Assembly: GCA_907165135.1 (NCBI GenBank)
Contig: OU015568.1
Span: 9,796,001 to 9,860,000 of the forward strand
DNA: 64,000 bases
Source: Oikopleura dioica
Lineage: Eukaryota > Animalia > Chordata
Direction: 5' to 3'
Notes under the pieces: generated by a model
What the model was told of the DNA's origin: nothing
Seen by the model: the letters and a program-made list of their open reading frames with translations, nothing else
The model's database searches: none
Shown: positions 24,488 through 38,229 of the stretch, in pieces
How positions within the stretch are numbered: position 1 is the stretch's first letter
Layout: each line of letters opens with the position of its first letter
Made by a program: the position numbers and the translations under genes

Positions 24488-27400
24488 TCAGTCTTCGGGA
24501 AAGTATCCAGATCGACGGGCGTAGCGCTTTTCAATGCTATTCGATTGAGGCGACTTTTCGGAGAGCTCAGAGCTATTCGTACTCCTGATTAGGCTCGTAC
24601 GGGAGGTCAGTAGAGAACGTTCTGTACTTTGCAGAGACTGGCTGATGATGGTGAATGATTGTTAAGAAAATAGGCTTTAGAACAGGCGCTTACCTTGGAT
24701 TAGCATCGTCCGGGCCGTAGTGATAGACGTGCTTGAAATTTGAGGGGCCGGAAATGAAGCTTGTTTTTCGATTTGCCGCAACAGGCTCTGTTGACATCAT
24801 TTGGATTCCAGACTCGGGGCCCATGTGCGTCACGTGACGGAAATCAGATGGTCCGGAGATGAGACTCACCTTCCCACCTTCCTGAATTTGACCACGCAGC
24901 GACTAAAAATGAAATCATGCTTCTAGTTCACCAATTGCCATTTTACCTTTGATCTTTCAGCATCAGCTGATTTGTAGATAAGTTTCCGCTTTCCGACTCT
25001 CTGGAGGTTTCGCTTGCCATTCGGGCGAATCTTCTGTGGTAGATGAATTTCTTCTGACTGAGCTTCAAAATGAAGAATACACAGGCGCTTTTGGTCCTCA
25101 TCGGAGGTGTGTATCGATAACTGTGCACTTAGAATGGGTTATATTTGAAATCAAATGCAATTACATATTTTAAAATTACGTTTGAAAATTTGAAAATACA
25201 TGCTGATAGACCCTCGCCTAGAACTTTCGAGAGGTTGAACTCGTTTAGCATTTATTGATTGCATCCAGGTTCCCTTGTACCCATCGTAAATATCTACAGT
25301 TGACTCGGTGTAAACAACGACTAAACATTGTGGCTGTTCAGAACCATCATCCAAACGAAGCGTTCTTATTGAAATCGGTGGACTGGTCCACATGATCTCA
25401 GATTGGCGAGAACGATTGCTTCCATCGGGCGCTAGAAGTTCCAAGATTAAAAGGTTGTTAAATTTTAGGCTTACAAATGTAGATTCCAAAGGAGGAAGTG
25501 CAGACGAGATATTCTTCGTAAGCGGGGCTCAGATCAACAACAGCGAGGACGTCCATTGGTCGGTAATTTAGAAGCTTATAATTATAGTAAGGAGATAGGA
25601 AATTTTAACAGACAAATACCTGGTACAAAGGATGGTTATTGTTTTGCGTATTGAGCAAATAAAGCGGCGCAGTTGCCTGTACTGAATAAAAAGCGACTCC
25701 CGTTTCGGTACCAATACAGACGCGGTCGTTGAATATTTCAAGGAACTGAACGTGAGCTTCGCAGGGAATCTCCTTGACCTTGCGATAACGGGGTAAAGAC
25801 GTCCGAAGCTCCGTCGAGGGAAACATTTCATATACAAGAACATGTTTGGGTTTCGCAACAGCGAGCAACGCTACTTGCCCGTGCTTATACATCCCTAGAA
25901 TTGAGTTCGTAAGAGGTAGAATAGCAAAAATAACCTGTTGCCATATTATAACATCCTCTGGTCTCCTCGAGTTTTGGCGGCTCTTGGTCATAATGGCCGC
26001 TGATAGCAGCAGAAATCGGAAACAATCGGACCGTTTTTCTGTTTCCAGAAATAATCGTGATGATATCAACATCGAGACACAGTCGGATGTCCGAAACACG
26101 CTTGTCTGCTATCCTAACAAATTCATCTTTTGCCAATTCTGCACAATAAAGCCCATCATCGGTGCCAAGAAGAACTCGATTTCTGTCGATAACTTTGGCA
26201 CAGTGAGTGTTTTTGATAAGAACCAAGTTTGGATCGTAAATTTCGAAGAATCCCAGCGATGGGACCAGCTCAGTCCGATGCTGAAAACAAATAACGATCA
26301 GTTACTCAGAACGAGTCTAACCTTCATCAACAAGTCGTGCATTTTCTTTATCGCAGAGATCCATTTTTGCCTGTCTCCGGCACCACACATTATTAAGAAG
26401 GAATTGAACTGGAAGGGAACAGATTCGAAAACTGTTCTGTTTATAGAACATGAGCTCAACTTGAAGATATTGGGAAGGTCTCGTTTATTTGCATGGATAA
26501 CGTCCTAAAATGAATTTGAAAAAAAATCTAATTGAAAAAAAGATTTACCTGTTGGACAACTTTTTCAACGGTTAAAAATCGATCTTTGAGATCAACGACA
26601 ATATTTGGCACTTGTAGAATTTCCTGATTTTTTGTATCTTTCAGCGGAAACATGATCAATCGGTTTCCAGTAATGACGGCGAAGTGCTTCTGCCATCCCT
26701 TTTTCACCCCTTTTGGCTTGGGAATAGACACGTAGCCGCTCATGACTGTGCCTTGATTTCTGGCAAGATCGATCATTTCAAATCCAACTTGATTAGGCCA
26801 GGTTTGATTTTCTTCGGATCCGGGGCAAAGTTGAGGCGCGTCTTTGGCGCAACTAATATGACAAGGAAGCCAACACTCGCTGCAAATGACGCCTTGTCTC
26901 CATAAGCCTATTTGAAAAGTTTTTTATCTTGAAAAAGGTAGTGAGTTACCTGTCATGTATGTAGCGCAGATTTGGCATTGAGTTGGCTCTGAAAATGTCC
27001 GAACCATGAACAAGTGTTGCTTCGCTGGAATACCCCGCGCTGGTATATTATACAGATCTCTGTCCGTCAGTTTTCCAACTTGAGACGGCGCAGACTTTTG
27101 CCCGACGGGACTAGAGCGACCAGATCGAGAGTCAGAATCTTCATATCCAAATCGACCATTGTCTGGATAAGGCGAATGATCGGATACGCTGTGATGATAG
27201 GAGCTTTGCTCGATGTCCTGTATCTTCATCCTGGCTTGGGTGAGATCTTGCTCGACTTCTTCAAGCTTTCTTCTGAGGAGGGTGTTTTCATGCTCTACTT
27301 CCGACGTTTTCTGGAGTTGCGTCTGAAGAGCGCTCCTCAGATCCAAAATCTGAGCGTTTTTGACTTTTGTTTGACGTAGCGTCTTCCAGTTTTCTAAACA

Positions 27401-29901
27401 CAAGTGTCAGTACTAAAGTTCCATTAAGGCGGAACTGATAGCTAACAAGCTAATCAGCGTTGTATTTCCTACCTTTAGAGTCGCCCGGGGTCACTTGAGT
27501 TTTTGCATTTTGGACGTTGTTTTCAAAATGAGCGATAGGTTCTTCTGGGTTTTCTTTGCGAGCTTTTCGAATGGACTCAAGCTCATCTGACATTCGAATG
27601 GCAAGATTGTCCAGATAAGAGCGGGCGTCCTATAAATATTAGATGCAATTTAAACGGAAATTAAGCCCCTAGAAAGTACCTTTTCATCATGAACCCACTG
27701 AATAATAGAGCGCAAATGCTCTTCCCATTCACTTCTCTCCGCGACGCCTTCATTTTCTTTGGCTTTTTGTTCTTCCAAGTCTTTCAAGTTCTGTCGAAGT
27801 GCGACAAGCTCTGCAGTCGCTTCTTTTAGCTTTTCTTTCGTTTGAGAATGGTCGTTTTGAAGCAGCTCGAATTCGTTTGTCGAGTTTCTGTAGATTTGTT
27901 CTTTTTCGTTCTTTTCTTCTTCAACTTTGTGGCGGAGATCGTTGATTTGCTCCTCGTACTCGCGTTTTGTCTTGGAAATTTCTAATAAGTGGTTTTGCGA
28001 GGTTTCTTCTAGACGCAAATTGACGGCGTCGAGCTCGTGTTGGAGGTGTTTGACTTCTTTGCCTTTGGTGCGATGGAAAGCCGACTCGTTGGAAAGCTCT
28101 TCGAATTTGGCTTGTAACGTGATGATACGCTGCTGATCATTAAGCTGCTGCTGCTGTACAATATTAAGCTCGTCGGAAAGTGAATTTTTGGAATGTTCAG
28201 AGCTGCGCAGCTCCTGCTGCAAGTACTCTATTTTTGCGTTCAAGTCGCGCTCGTAACTTTCATAATGCTGGATTTTTATCTGGTCGCGGTTCTTCTCATT
28301 TGATAACGTTTCAAGTTCTTGTTCTAAAGATGATATTTTCGTTTGTAGCTCGGTCGCGCTTTGTTCACGCTCTGAAATCTCAGACTTTTGGGAGGACAGC
28401 CTCGATTCTAGCGTTTCAAGGAGTTTCTGAAGCTCGGAGGACTCTTTTCGTGATGATTGTTTTTCAAGTTCAAGCGAACGTACTTTGTCCTCCAGATCTT
28501 TTATTTCTTGCGTGTCGGTATTTCTAGCTCTTGATTCGGATTGCCGGCTGGATGCTCCAGCTCCAGCGTTAAACAGTCGCTCCATTCCGCAATCGGATAG
28601 TCTCGACTCTCTGTTGAAAGAGAAACCGACAAAAGGAAGATCTTTTCCCGAGAAAGTAGCATTACCGAGACTTGGTGGATGAGCTTCTATTCTGGCATCT
28701 TCATCGTCGACATCAAAATTTGACGTGTCCGTTTCTCCAACGATTTCTGGAACATATGGCGGTCTGATGGACTGCAAGTTGTCCCAAGCTATTTCAGCGA
28801 AGAAAGGGTGCGATTTGAACTCGTCGATTCCAATCTGACCCATTCGCGTGCTTTTATCGCAGATAAGACCTCTAATGAGCTCCTTTGTGGCTTCTGAAAC
28901 TTCAATCTCATCATCTGGGATGGAGAAACGTTCGGTGTGGTTCATAATCTTGCAGTAAGTCTCTGCCAGACCTTCAGCGTAAAAAGGCGTCTCTCCGAAA
29001 AGCATTTCATAAATACAGACACCCAAGGACCACCAGTCACATTCCTTGCCATATCTCCCGTGGCCGTCTTCATTAGCTTGCAAGATTTCTGGCGAGATAT
29101 AGTCTGGCGTGCCTACTGACGTGCGTGACCAGATCGTCCCGTCTCGACGCATTCGTAGACAAGATCCAAAGTCTCCGAGCTTGATATGGCCGCGATTGTC
29201 TATGAGAACGTTGTCTGGCTTTATGTCTCGATGAACGTATCCCATTCCGTGCAGTGCATCGATGGCGACGACCATTTCCGCGGAGTAGAATCGAGCAACG
29301 TGCTCTTCAAGAATGTCGTCGTGCTTGGAGATGAGAGTCAACAGATCACCGCCAGCGTAGTAGTCCATAACAAAATAGAGGTACCGCGGGTCTTGGAATG
29401 CGAAGTGTAGCTTTATGAGCCAGGGACTATCACCGCGCACTAGAACGTCTCGTTCCTCTCTGTAGCAAGCAACTTCCGCTCGCTGGAGCATGTCCCACTT
29501 TGATAGCGTCTTCATAGCGAACACCTTTTTCGAGCCCTTCATTCGAACAACGGCGACTTCACCAAAAGCGCCTCTGCCGATGACTCGGACTAAATCAAAG
29601 TCCGATCTTCGTATCCTGAGCTCGTTGACCTTCTGGGTGAAGGCTCGCGACCAGTCGAGGAATTCCGAGACATGGCGCTCGTTTTTGATGTTTGAGACTG
29701 TAAGTTCATTGTGGATAAGTTGCAGGACATCCAGGAGTGTCTCGTATGAGAATCCATGTACTCGTTGGTCGCCACTGTCAAGTGTCTTCAAAACTCATTT
29801 AAGTTTACCAGTCAAGGGGCGGTATTTACCGTTGCGCATAAAACTAGTTGTTCAAGTAGTTGTAATCTGCTACTTGGAGGCGAAACTGCTACATCTGACA
29901 T
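24488..29901 (-). CDS. MRCK (CDC42-binding DMPK-family kinase): kinase, coiled coil, C1, PH, CNH and two CRIB motifs
   Basis: MSDVAVSPPSSRLQLLEQLV; IGRGAFGEV, HRDIKPDN, DFG, VGTPDYISPE; C1 HLFMVRTFSEPTQCQIC; PH SGYVSIPKPKGVKKGWQK; CNH; ISGPSDFRHVTHMGP and ISGPSNFKHVYHYGP; TGA at 24488-24490. Confidence 0.95.
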
Positions 29902-30137
29902 ATTAAATGTCCGAGATTTATGTTTTCACTTATGTCCGATCTCAATTCGACATCTATAAATTCTGGGCTCAGATTTCGCGACGTGAAAAATAAACATTTA
30001 ACGTAGAAACAGTAGAACTAAAAGTGTTTACAGAAAATAATTTCATGATTCAAGTATAAAAATATGCCTAGCGACATCATACAGTTTTGCAGTTTTGAAG
30101 AAAAATAGCTTGATCTTTCTTTCTGTAATAGCTGTAT

Positions 30138-33130
30138 TTATCTGGGAACAAGGCCTCGTGATTTAGGGAAGTTTTGGTCGGTCGCTTTGAAAGAGCTTCG
30201 GGAGGATTTTGAACTGTGGTGCGATTTCGACGATTTTTGCCGATTGGAACTGCTTCTAAAGACTCCTGGAGCTGCTTGAATTACCATTTCATCTGGTTCC
30301 GGCTCTCCACCCCTCTCAAGACTGAGGAGACCTTGTCCATCTGGATCCGGCCCTTCCCAATCCCTCGTTGTTCGCGTTGGCAGTTCTAGTTCGAGAATAA
30401 GGATATTGTCGCATCGATAGCGAGGGTTGGTCGGTTCTTCAATTGCCATGTCCCGTGAAAATCGACTCATTGGTCTTCGATTGCCAAGAGCGCTTACTGG
30501 ACGCTTCATCATCGTATCCATCCCAGAAGCAAGCGGCTGAAGCGAGAATTCAATGATAAAAGAACAGAGCTTAGAGATACCTTTAGTTTCCAAATATCTT
30601 TGTCTTTGTCGAAGTAGGCGCGACTCTCGATTTTGGCGACGTCTGAAGGCTGAATGAAATTGTCTAAAAACACGGAGCAAAGTTTGCTCTCGCGCATCAG
30701 CTGATCCAGGTTTTGTTCCAGCTCTCTCATTCGATTCCTGTGCTCTTCTTGTATCTCATCAATCTCAGCCTTTCCAAAGCGTTATTTGACGAAACATGAT
30801 GTGATCTACCTTTGTGTTCTGTAGTTTACTGTAAATTTTCTTCAGTTTTCTCGTTTTTATCTCGACTTCTTGTTGTAGCGTGTTAAAATTTTCCCTCGCA
30901 TCTTCTTCCTTTTCAGCTGCTTCTTCTAGCTTCAGTTGAATTTCTCGCTCTTTCAACCTTTGTTCCGCTAGTTCTTTCCTTTTCACCTCTAGTTCCTATA
31001 AAACAACCTATTTTTAGCACTTGTTTTCACCCGCATTAGCCTCATTAAACATTCAAAATTATAATTTACAATCTGACCTTTTCTTGCTGCGTCGTCCGGT
31101 CCAGAATCGTAACTCCGCCGATAAGAAGCTTTTCTTGCATTGTTTTTAGCTTTTTCTCCATTTGCTTTTGATTCTCTTTTTGCTTTTCCAGCTCTGAAAA
31201 AGAGAGTTTTGCCAAAGAAAAGAGATTTTTAAGCTAGCCTACTTTAACTTTTATGTTTCTGAAAAGAACTGGCGACTTTTGAATTGCTACAGAAATACTG
31301 CTACGGAAAATCAAGTAGTTTGGTAGTAGAATGTATTTCCAAACTGCGGAAATAAAAAAATATTCACGCAAGATATGGTTATATTTGAAGAATATACGGT
31401 CTGTATTCACTTCTTACCAAATAAAAGTAAATAACCACCTGATTAATTATTCTAATTTTGAAACCGAAATGACAAAACAAGGAAACCTTTTGCTTTCTTT
31501 TTTGCTTCTTTGATAAGTTTTGCCTTTTCTTCTTCTGTTTGGTGTTTCGCTTCTTCGATTTCTTTCTTTTTGAGTTCGAGAACTTCTTCTTCAGACATTC
31601 CACTTATTCAAGCTCTACGATTCCTTCAGAAAACGGTTTCTTGCGCTAGAATCAAAGAGCTTTTCCTAGGAATTCCGCCTCTGCCGGCGAGTTTCTGTTT
31701 GAGCTTCTCAATTTCTTCCTGAAATTCTCGGAGCATCGCATCTTTCGGGTCCTCGTTGATTTTCGGAATGTTCTTGATACTTTTCGCTCGATTCGCATAA
31801 CGCAGAGTCGTGATTGTCTCGTCGTAATTAAAGTTGGCTATAAAAAGGCGGATAAATGCACAAGCGTCTTGAGTATCTCAAAGTTTGACATGCAGTCATT
31901 ATTCGGATTCTTCTATTCTTTTATTCTGAGTTCCAATTTTACCTGGGCCAAGATTGGCGATCATAATTGTCTTTGCATTTCCACCCAGCGAGTCTTGAAG
32001 GAGTCTGGTCAGCTTCGAGTCTCTAAAATTGACCATGAAAGTGAAAATAATTGATTAATCGTATCAAACCTGTAGGGAATATGTCCTCGGCCATCGACCA
32101 GCGCAGAGATGACGTTTCCAAGTGCAGATAACGAAAGATTAATTTTCGTCGCCTCCTTGAGACGCTGACCAGCGGCGCCAGTCTTCGCCTGCCTCTCCGA
32201 TCCCGCCAAGTCGACCATGTTGAGCCGCCCGACGCGGATGTGATCTTCGCCGATTGCATTCTGAGATCATCAATTTGATGTAGAGGAGAGCGCTTTTACC
32301 TTGCTTGAGCACTCGATATTGATGGTGAAGATTGCATGAGATCGAGAAGAGTGCTCGTTCATGTTCGTCGCGCCGACTGAACGATTTTGATTTCCAACGT
32401 TCATCACGTGCTCAATGTCTTGCACATTTTTCACGACGTAAGACTATTATCGCGGTTTTTGACAATTGTCATCATTTAGCGTCTTAGAATTGCATCTTTT
32501 CGCTGATACTCCAAGCCGCTTGCGGCTTCTCGTGTTTTGATGATCAAAAGAATAAAGAGAATAATAATAAGAAAGTAAAACCGGTGCCAATAAGTCTTTA
32601 ACTTGTACACCAGTGTCTGCTCTTTCTTTCAGCGCCAGTCTTTTCGTCTGATCTTTTGAGAGTAAATCCCGGATTTCTTCTTGATAGATTTCAAGATAGC
32701 TCGCTCGGACAAGGTATTTTTCATCTTTGGTTCGGGAAATATGCGTGAAGATATGGTCAAATGCTCTGGGAATCATCCCTTTTAGCGCCTGATCTGATCG
32801 TACTCCTTCCATTGTAAAGGTCTTTCCTGTGCCAGTTTGGCCGTAAGCAAAGACCGTTCCATTGAAGCCCGAGAGGACAGAATTCACCAGTCCTCGGAAG
32901 TTTTCTTCGTAGAGTTCTTCTTGCGTCGAGTCTGGCCCGTAAACGGAGTCGAAGGTAAATGTTCTCGTTCGCTCGGAATCGGCGTTGTGCACTTTTGGAT
33001 TCGTTATCGACAACTGGCAGATTTTCTGGTCGATTTGGACGATTTGTTTGTGTCCCTGCTGCTGCTCTTTCGAGGACATTGGGCGGCATCGCACGAGTAC
33101 GCGAACGCAATCTTCATCCCGCTTACCCAT
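30138..33130 (-). CDS. KIF3B: Kinesin-2 motor subunit, KIF3B-like
   Basis: [59 protein letters not shown]; tail [13 protein letters not shown]...[22 protein letters not shown] and terminal SRGLVPR* are typical of KIF3B. Confidence 0.93.
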
Positions 33131-34093
33131 TTTTTATTTCTTCCACGATTTTTCAATATTTCAATTCTTTCTCGATTTCTTTCTGAAATAATCAACTATT
33201 AGTAAAAGTACAGAGAATAATTCAAATTTATTTCTCTTCGTCTTAGTTGCGGCATTTTCAAAGCAAATTTGCTCGAGACTGGGCAGTGCTCGTGTCTTCT
33301 TATCACAAAAAATGCTGATTCATGACGATCAATGCAAGTGACTTTATTTTCATTTTTTTTCAAATTTAAATCATTCAAGCTGTTGAATTTTCAACTGTGA
33401 CGTGTGTTTCTGGTGCTTGAGTTTTCTATCTTGTGATTTTTGAAATAATGAATCACACGTACAGTTGTCAAATTACTGCAATTACTCGACAACAAAATCG
33501 TGACTAAACAAACAGTGAAAATTCGTACTGTAGTAAGAGTTTCTCCTCTAAGTAAAAGCTGAATATAAAGCTGTTAATCCCTAGAATCTCCTATCGGCGA
33601 TCCTTTGAATTGAAAGATTTTTCTCAAAGGAGTGTTTATTGGCTACGATGCGCCAATAGCGCCTCGTTCAGTCAATGAACTGTAGTAAACTGGAAAGTGA
33701 TAAGACGGAACAATCCATCTACAGATAGTCTGCAAATCGTTCGCAATGATTGACTGATAGTTTTATAAATTTTTCAAGTAGTAATTATTCGTCTTTTGAA
33801 ACAATCAACGGAAATCTGGCTAAGTCTCGCTAGCATCGTCAAATTGTTAACACTTTACAATAGAACAGCAAGACAAGTTCACCATCAACTTTTCCCACTC
33901 AGTTGACGGAGCGTGAATTTCGAGAATCAGGAGATTCTCAGAGTTCGTAAATTTTCAGAGGGCAGACAACCTACGCGCGCGCTTATTGGCCGCGTCAGAA
34001 ATTCTGTCTAATTTGCTGAAAAGGACCTTCCACTCAGTTCACCCCACAAGGAATAAATGAGCAAGACGAAGAGCTAAAGAGAAGAAGAAAAAA

Positions 34094-34562
34094 ATGGGAG
34101 GCTACTTCTCGAAAAAAGACCAAAAGGAGCAAAATTTTGCGAGTTCTCAAGACTACCAGAGCGGATTCAAAGTTCCTGCCGAGCCAAAGACTCTTTACAG
34201 ACCAGACGTTTTCGTTGATTTTTATCAGTCAAACCTTTTCAAGGTAAAATAAACATTGCTATTACTTCATTGACTGTATGAACTCACTCAGGACGCAGAT
34301 GGATGCGAAGCAAACGAATTCTACGTCCAGGCAGGTTCGGGTAACATGTACAAAGTGAAACGATCCAAGCTGAAACCCGTCGGCTTGAAAGAATACGCCT
34401 GGCCAATGCTTGCCCTTACTTGGTAAGACGAAAGAATCTAAAGTAAAAACTTCCTTCATTAGCCCAATGGTTGTTTGCGAAGAAGACTCGTTGATGACCT
34501 ACGTCCGTCGAAGATTCCACTATGTCGATCGCTACCCATCAGACTATATCTTCGACAAGTGA
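34094..34562 (+). CDS. Small (about 125 aa) putatively N-myristoylated protein, 3 exons, unknown function
   Basis: MGGYFSKKDQKEQNF...FK|DADGCEANEFYVQAG...LALTC|PMVVCEEDSLMTYVRRRFHYVDRYPSDYIFDK*; two clean GT-AG introns with matching phase. Confidence 0.7.
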
Positions 34563-34777
34563 AAACAAAAAAATGAGAAAACACCAAAAGCGCCCGAAGC
34601 AGCAGCTGCTAAGGACGCCACTAACACATATGTGTGCGTTCAAAAAAATATGTTCCTGTACTGTTCTGTACTCTTATCGACATTCTTCAATCTTCCTGTA
34701 CTTTCTATAAAAACACTACACATTCAAATTTACAAAATCATTTCTAATAATGTCTATTTTAGATTATAAAAAAGGGG

Positions 34778-35750
34778 ATGAGTAAAACGAGCGACTCAAT
34801 AATGCGAGTTTTGTCGCCGACAATTTTACAGAGTGTGCACGATTTAATTGATAAGGGAGGAAAAACGCCGTCGAACAGAGTTCTCGATCAACTGCAGGAG
34901 AATTTTCCTCGTATTCCGAAAGAATCATTGTACTCGATATATTCTCAACGCATCAGAAATAAATATGCAGCAGGTAGATCGAAGATTCTAGTTCAAAAAT
35001 ATTTAAATTCGAACTTTTAGCTGGGAGGAAATTGACAGATGACGATTACTGTGACAAACTGTACGATGTCTACAAAAAGAGAGTCGAAGAAGGCCTCAAA
35101 ATCAATCAACGGAGACAGCCGGTGATCCCAAAACTCGCAGAAGAGCGAGGACTTTTTCCTTGGATGACATTCAAAGCGATTGCGACACGATTTCTAGCGG
35201 AAGAAGCTGGCGCTAGCGTTTCGAAGAAGATTATTCAACAATACATCAAGAATCCGCATTCGATCAAGAATGTTCAGCTCCAACTAGAGGCGATAGTTTG
35301 CTCAACACAGGACCAGCTACAGGGAATTATTACTGATTCATTGAGGCACGTTGTTGGAAAGGACTACGAGCAGATTCTTGAAAGGCAGCTCAAAGAGGTA
35401 ATAATTTCTTCCCTTTTCTTTCAGCCCCTAACCTTCATATTCAGAAGAAAATCGCGTATATTGACGAAGAAGCCCAACGACGAATGGGCCAAGACGTTAC
35501 TCCTGATTTCCGGCTGACGGTACCTATAGCTATAAACGGAAAACCAGTTTGTTGGATCGATTCAAAAGCCCTCTTCGGCGACGCTAAAAGCCACAAATCT
35601 TACCTGGACACTCAGCTGCTATCTTATTGGAATCGCTTCGGCCCTGGACTCGTTATTTACTGGGCTGGCTACGAAGAGAACATAGAGAAACTCGCTCCCG
35701 AAGTACAAGTTGCCCATTTTCTGCCAAACTTTGAACACCCCTTTCAGTGA
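34778..35750 (+). CDS. CDIN1: CDAN1-interacting nuclease 1 (C15orf41-like)
   Basis: [13 protein letters not shown]...[40 protein letters not shown]...[20 protein letters not shown]. Confidence 0.85.
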
Positions 35751-35810
35751 TTCGAACATTCCACTTTTATTCAAATTTTACTCAAATCGATCAATTTCAG
35801 AGCTGCAATC

Positions 35811-37905
35811 ATGAGCGAGTATCAGAAGCTTTCAAGGCCGAGGCTATCGAGCTCCAGAACGCTGGCCACAGACTTCGAATCGATTCAATCATCAGCACCA
35901 CCACTGCCGGATCTGGTCATCCTTCTTCTTGCACTTCTGCCGCGGACATCATGTCCGTTTGCTTCAAAAAGGTTTGAACTTCGAAGGCAATTATATTCTA
36001 TCTCTTTATGCAACTTTCAGTACATGCGATACGACGTCAGCAACCCAGGAGACGCTGCTGCCGATCGATTCGTCCTTTCCAAGGGCCACGCTGCCCCAGT
36101 TCTTTACGCCGCGATGAAGGAAGTCGGTCACTTGACCGAGCCACTCACCAACCTTCGAAAATATACATCTGATCTCGAGGGCCATCCGCCAGTGACCCTT
36201 CCATTTGTCGATGTCGCCACTGGTTCGCTCGGCCAGGGTCTCGCTAACGCTTGTGGAATGGCTTGGGTTGGAAAGAACGTCGACAAGGCCCCTTACAGAG
36301 TCTTCTGCATGATGGGAGATGGTGAATCGGCCGAAGGATCCGTCTGGGAGGCGATGCAGTTTGCCTCTCACTACAAGCTTGATAACCTTTGTGCCATCAT
36401 CGATGTCAACCGACTTGGACAGAGTGAAGCGACTGCTCTTGGCCACGAGATGGAAATTTACAGGTAATTAATGCTGTGAAAATTTTATCGATCAATTTAA
36501 ATCAAGAGCGCGAGGTGAAGCCTGGGGAATGCACACAATCGTGATCGATGGTCACGATGTGAACGCCATCGACAAGGCCTTCCATGAAGCCGAGATTACT
36601 AAAGGAAAACCCACTCTTATCGTTGCCAAGACTTTCAAGGGTAAACACATGCCCGAGCAGGAGGATCGTGACAACTGGCATGGCAAGCCCATGAGCCAGG
36701 ACTTCTGCGACAAAATCAAGAAACACATCGAAGGACTCATGGAAGACACTGATGCCAAAATCTCCCCTCGAGCTCCAGTCGCCGCTGTTGAAAACAGATC
36801 CTTCGCCACTGATGTCAAGCTCTCCTCCCCACCTAGCTACGAGAAGACTGACAAGGTTGCCACTCGAAAGGCTTACGGAACCGCTTTGACCAAGCTCGGC
36901 GACTCCTGCGATCGGGTCATCGCTTTTGACGGAGACACAAAGAACTCTACCTTCTCCATCGATTTCATGAAGAAATACCCCGAAAGATTTGGCGAGTGCT
37001 TCATCGCCGAGCAGCTTCTTGCTGGTGTCACTATCGGTGCTGCTTGTCGAAACAGAGCTATTACCTTTGCCTCTACTTTCTCGGCCTTCTTCTCCCGCGC
37101 TGCGGATCAGATCCGAATGGGAGCTATCTCCAAGACTAACGCCAACTTTGTCGGCTCCCACGCTGGTGTCTCCATCGGAGAAGACGGCCCCTCTCAGATG
37201 GCTCTCGAAGATCTTGCCTTCTTCCGCGCCATTCCTGGATCTACCGTTTTCTACCCATCTGATGCTGTCTCCTGCGAGCGAGCGGTTGAAATCGCCGCCA
37301 ACACTGAGGGTGTTTGCTTCATCAGAACCTCTCGGCCAGCCACAGTCAATGGTGCTACGCAAATTTATCTCCACCTCATAAATTATAATTTCAGTCCACG
37401 CTAATGATGCTGAATTCGCAGCTGGAAAAGCTCACTTTGTCCGAAAGGGTAAAGCCGCTGCTATTTTCGGATCTGGAATCACTCTCCACAACGCTCTTGA
37501 AGCCGCCGAGGCCCTCGCAAAGGAAGGCATTGAGGTACTCAACCATAGAAATGTTTCTCTAGCAGATCCGATTCATTAGGTCTCCGTCATTGATCCATTC
37601 ACGATCAAACCAATGGACGTGAACGCCGTCAAAGAAGCCGTCGCAGAGACCGGCGGCAAGCTCATTACAGTCGAAGACCATTACGCTTATGTAAGTCACT
37701 AAAATTGAATCCAGTTAACTGAAGTAATGTCTCTCAGGGTGGTCTCCACTCTGCAGTCTCCGAAGTCGTCTGCTCTGAAGGCCTCGGCGCCAAGGTCAAA
37801 TCGCTCGCTGTTCCCGGCGTCTCCCGATCCGGTAAGGCCGCCGAGCTTATGGCCGCTGCCAAAATTGATGCCGCAGCTATCATCGAAGCCGTCAAATCTT
37901 TTTAA
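35811..37905 (+). CDS. TKT: Transketolase (1-nt frame break near the N-terminus)
   Basis: [86 protein letters not shown]; TAA 37903-37905. Confidence 0.97.
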
Positions 37906-38229
37906 TTTCGCTCCATGACAAGAATAATCATCGCCTCCTGAATCAACCCCTTCAAGAGGCGCGACAGAACTGCCCTGACAAAATTATGTTTCGTAAAGTT
38001 ACAATACTCTAGAAAAATTACGTGTTCTCCTTCGCTCGGAAAGTTCAAATTCATTTGCCACGCAACATTGGTGCACCAATAATTGCTCTCTGATTCAATT
38101 ATACTGTCGCTCATGCAATGAAATAAAATCAGATTGAGCTCTATCTTTACACTTTCAACGTTTCTATGTTTGAAAGAATAATTCGGGAAAAAAGCAGTTG
38201 TACTGAAAAATATAAACTGTAATTCAGCC

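Noticed and set aside
36502-37374. 290-aa minus-strand ORF
   Set aside because: Antisense shadow of the transketolase exon.
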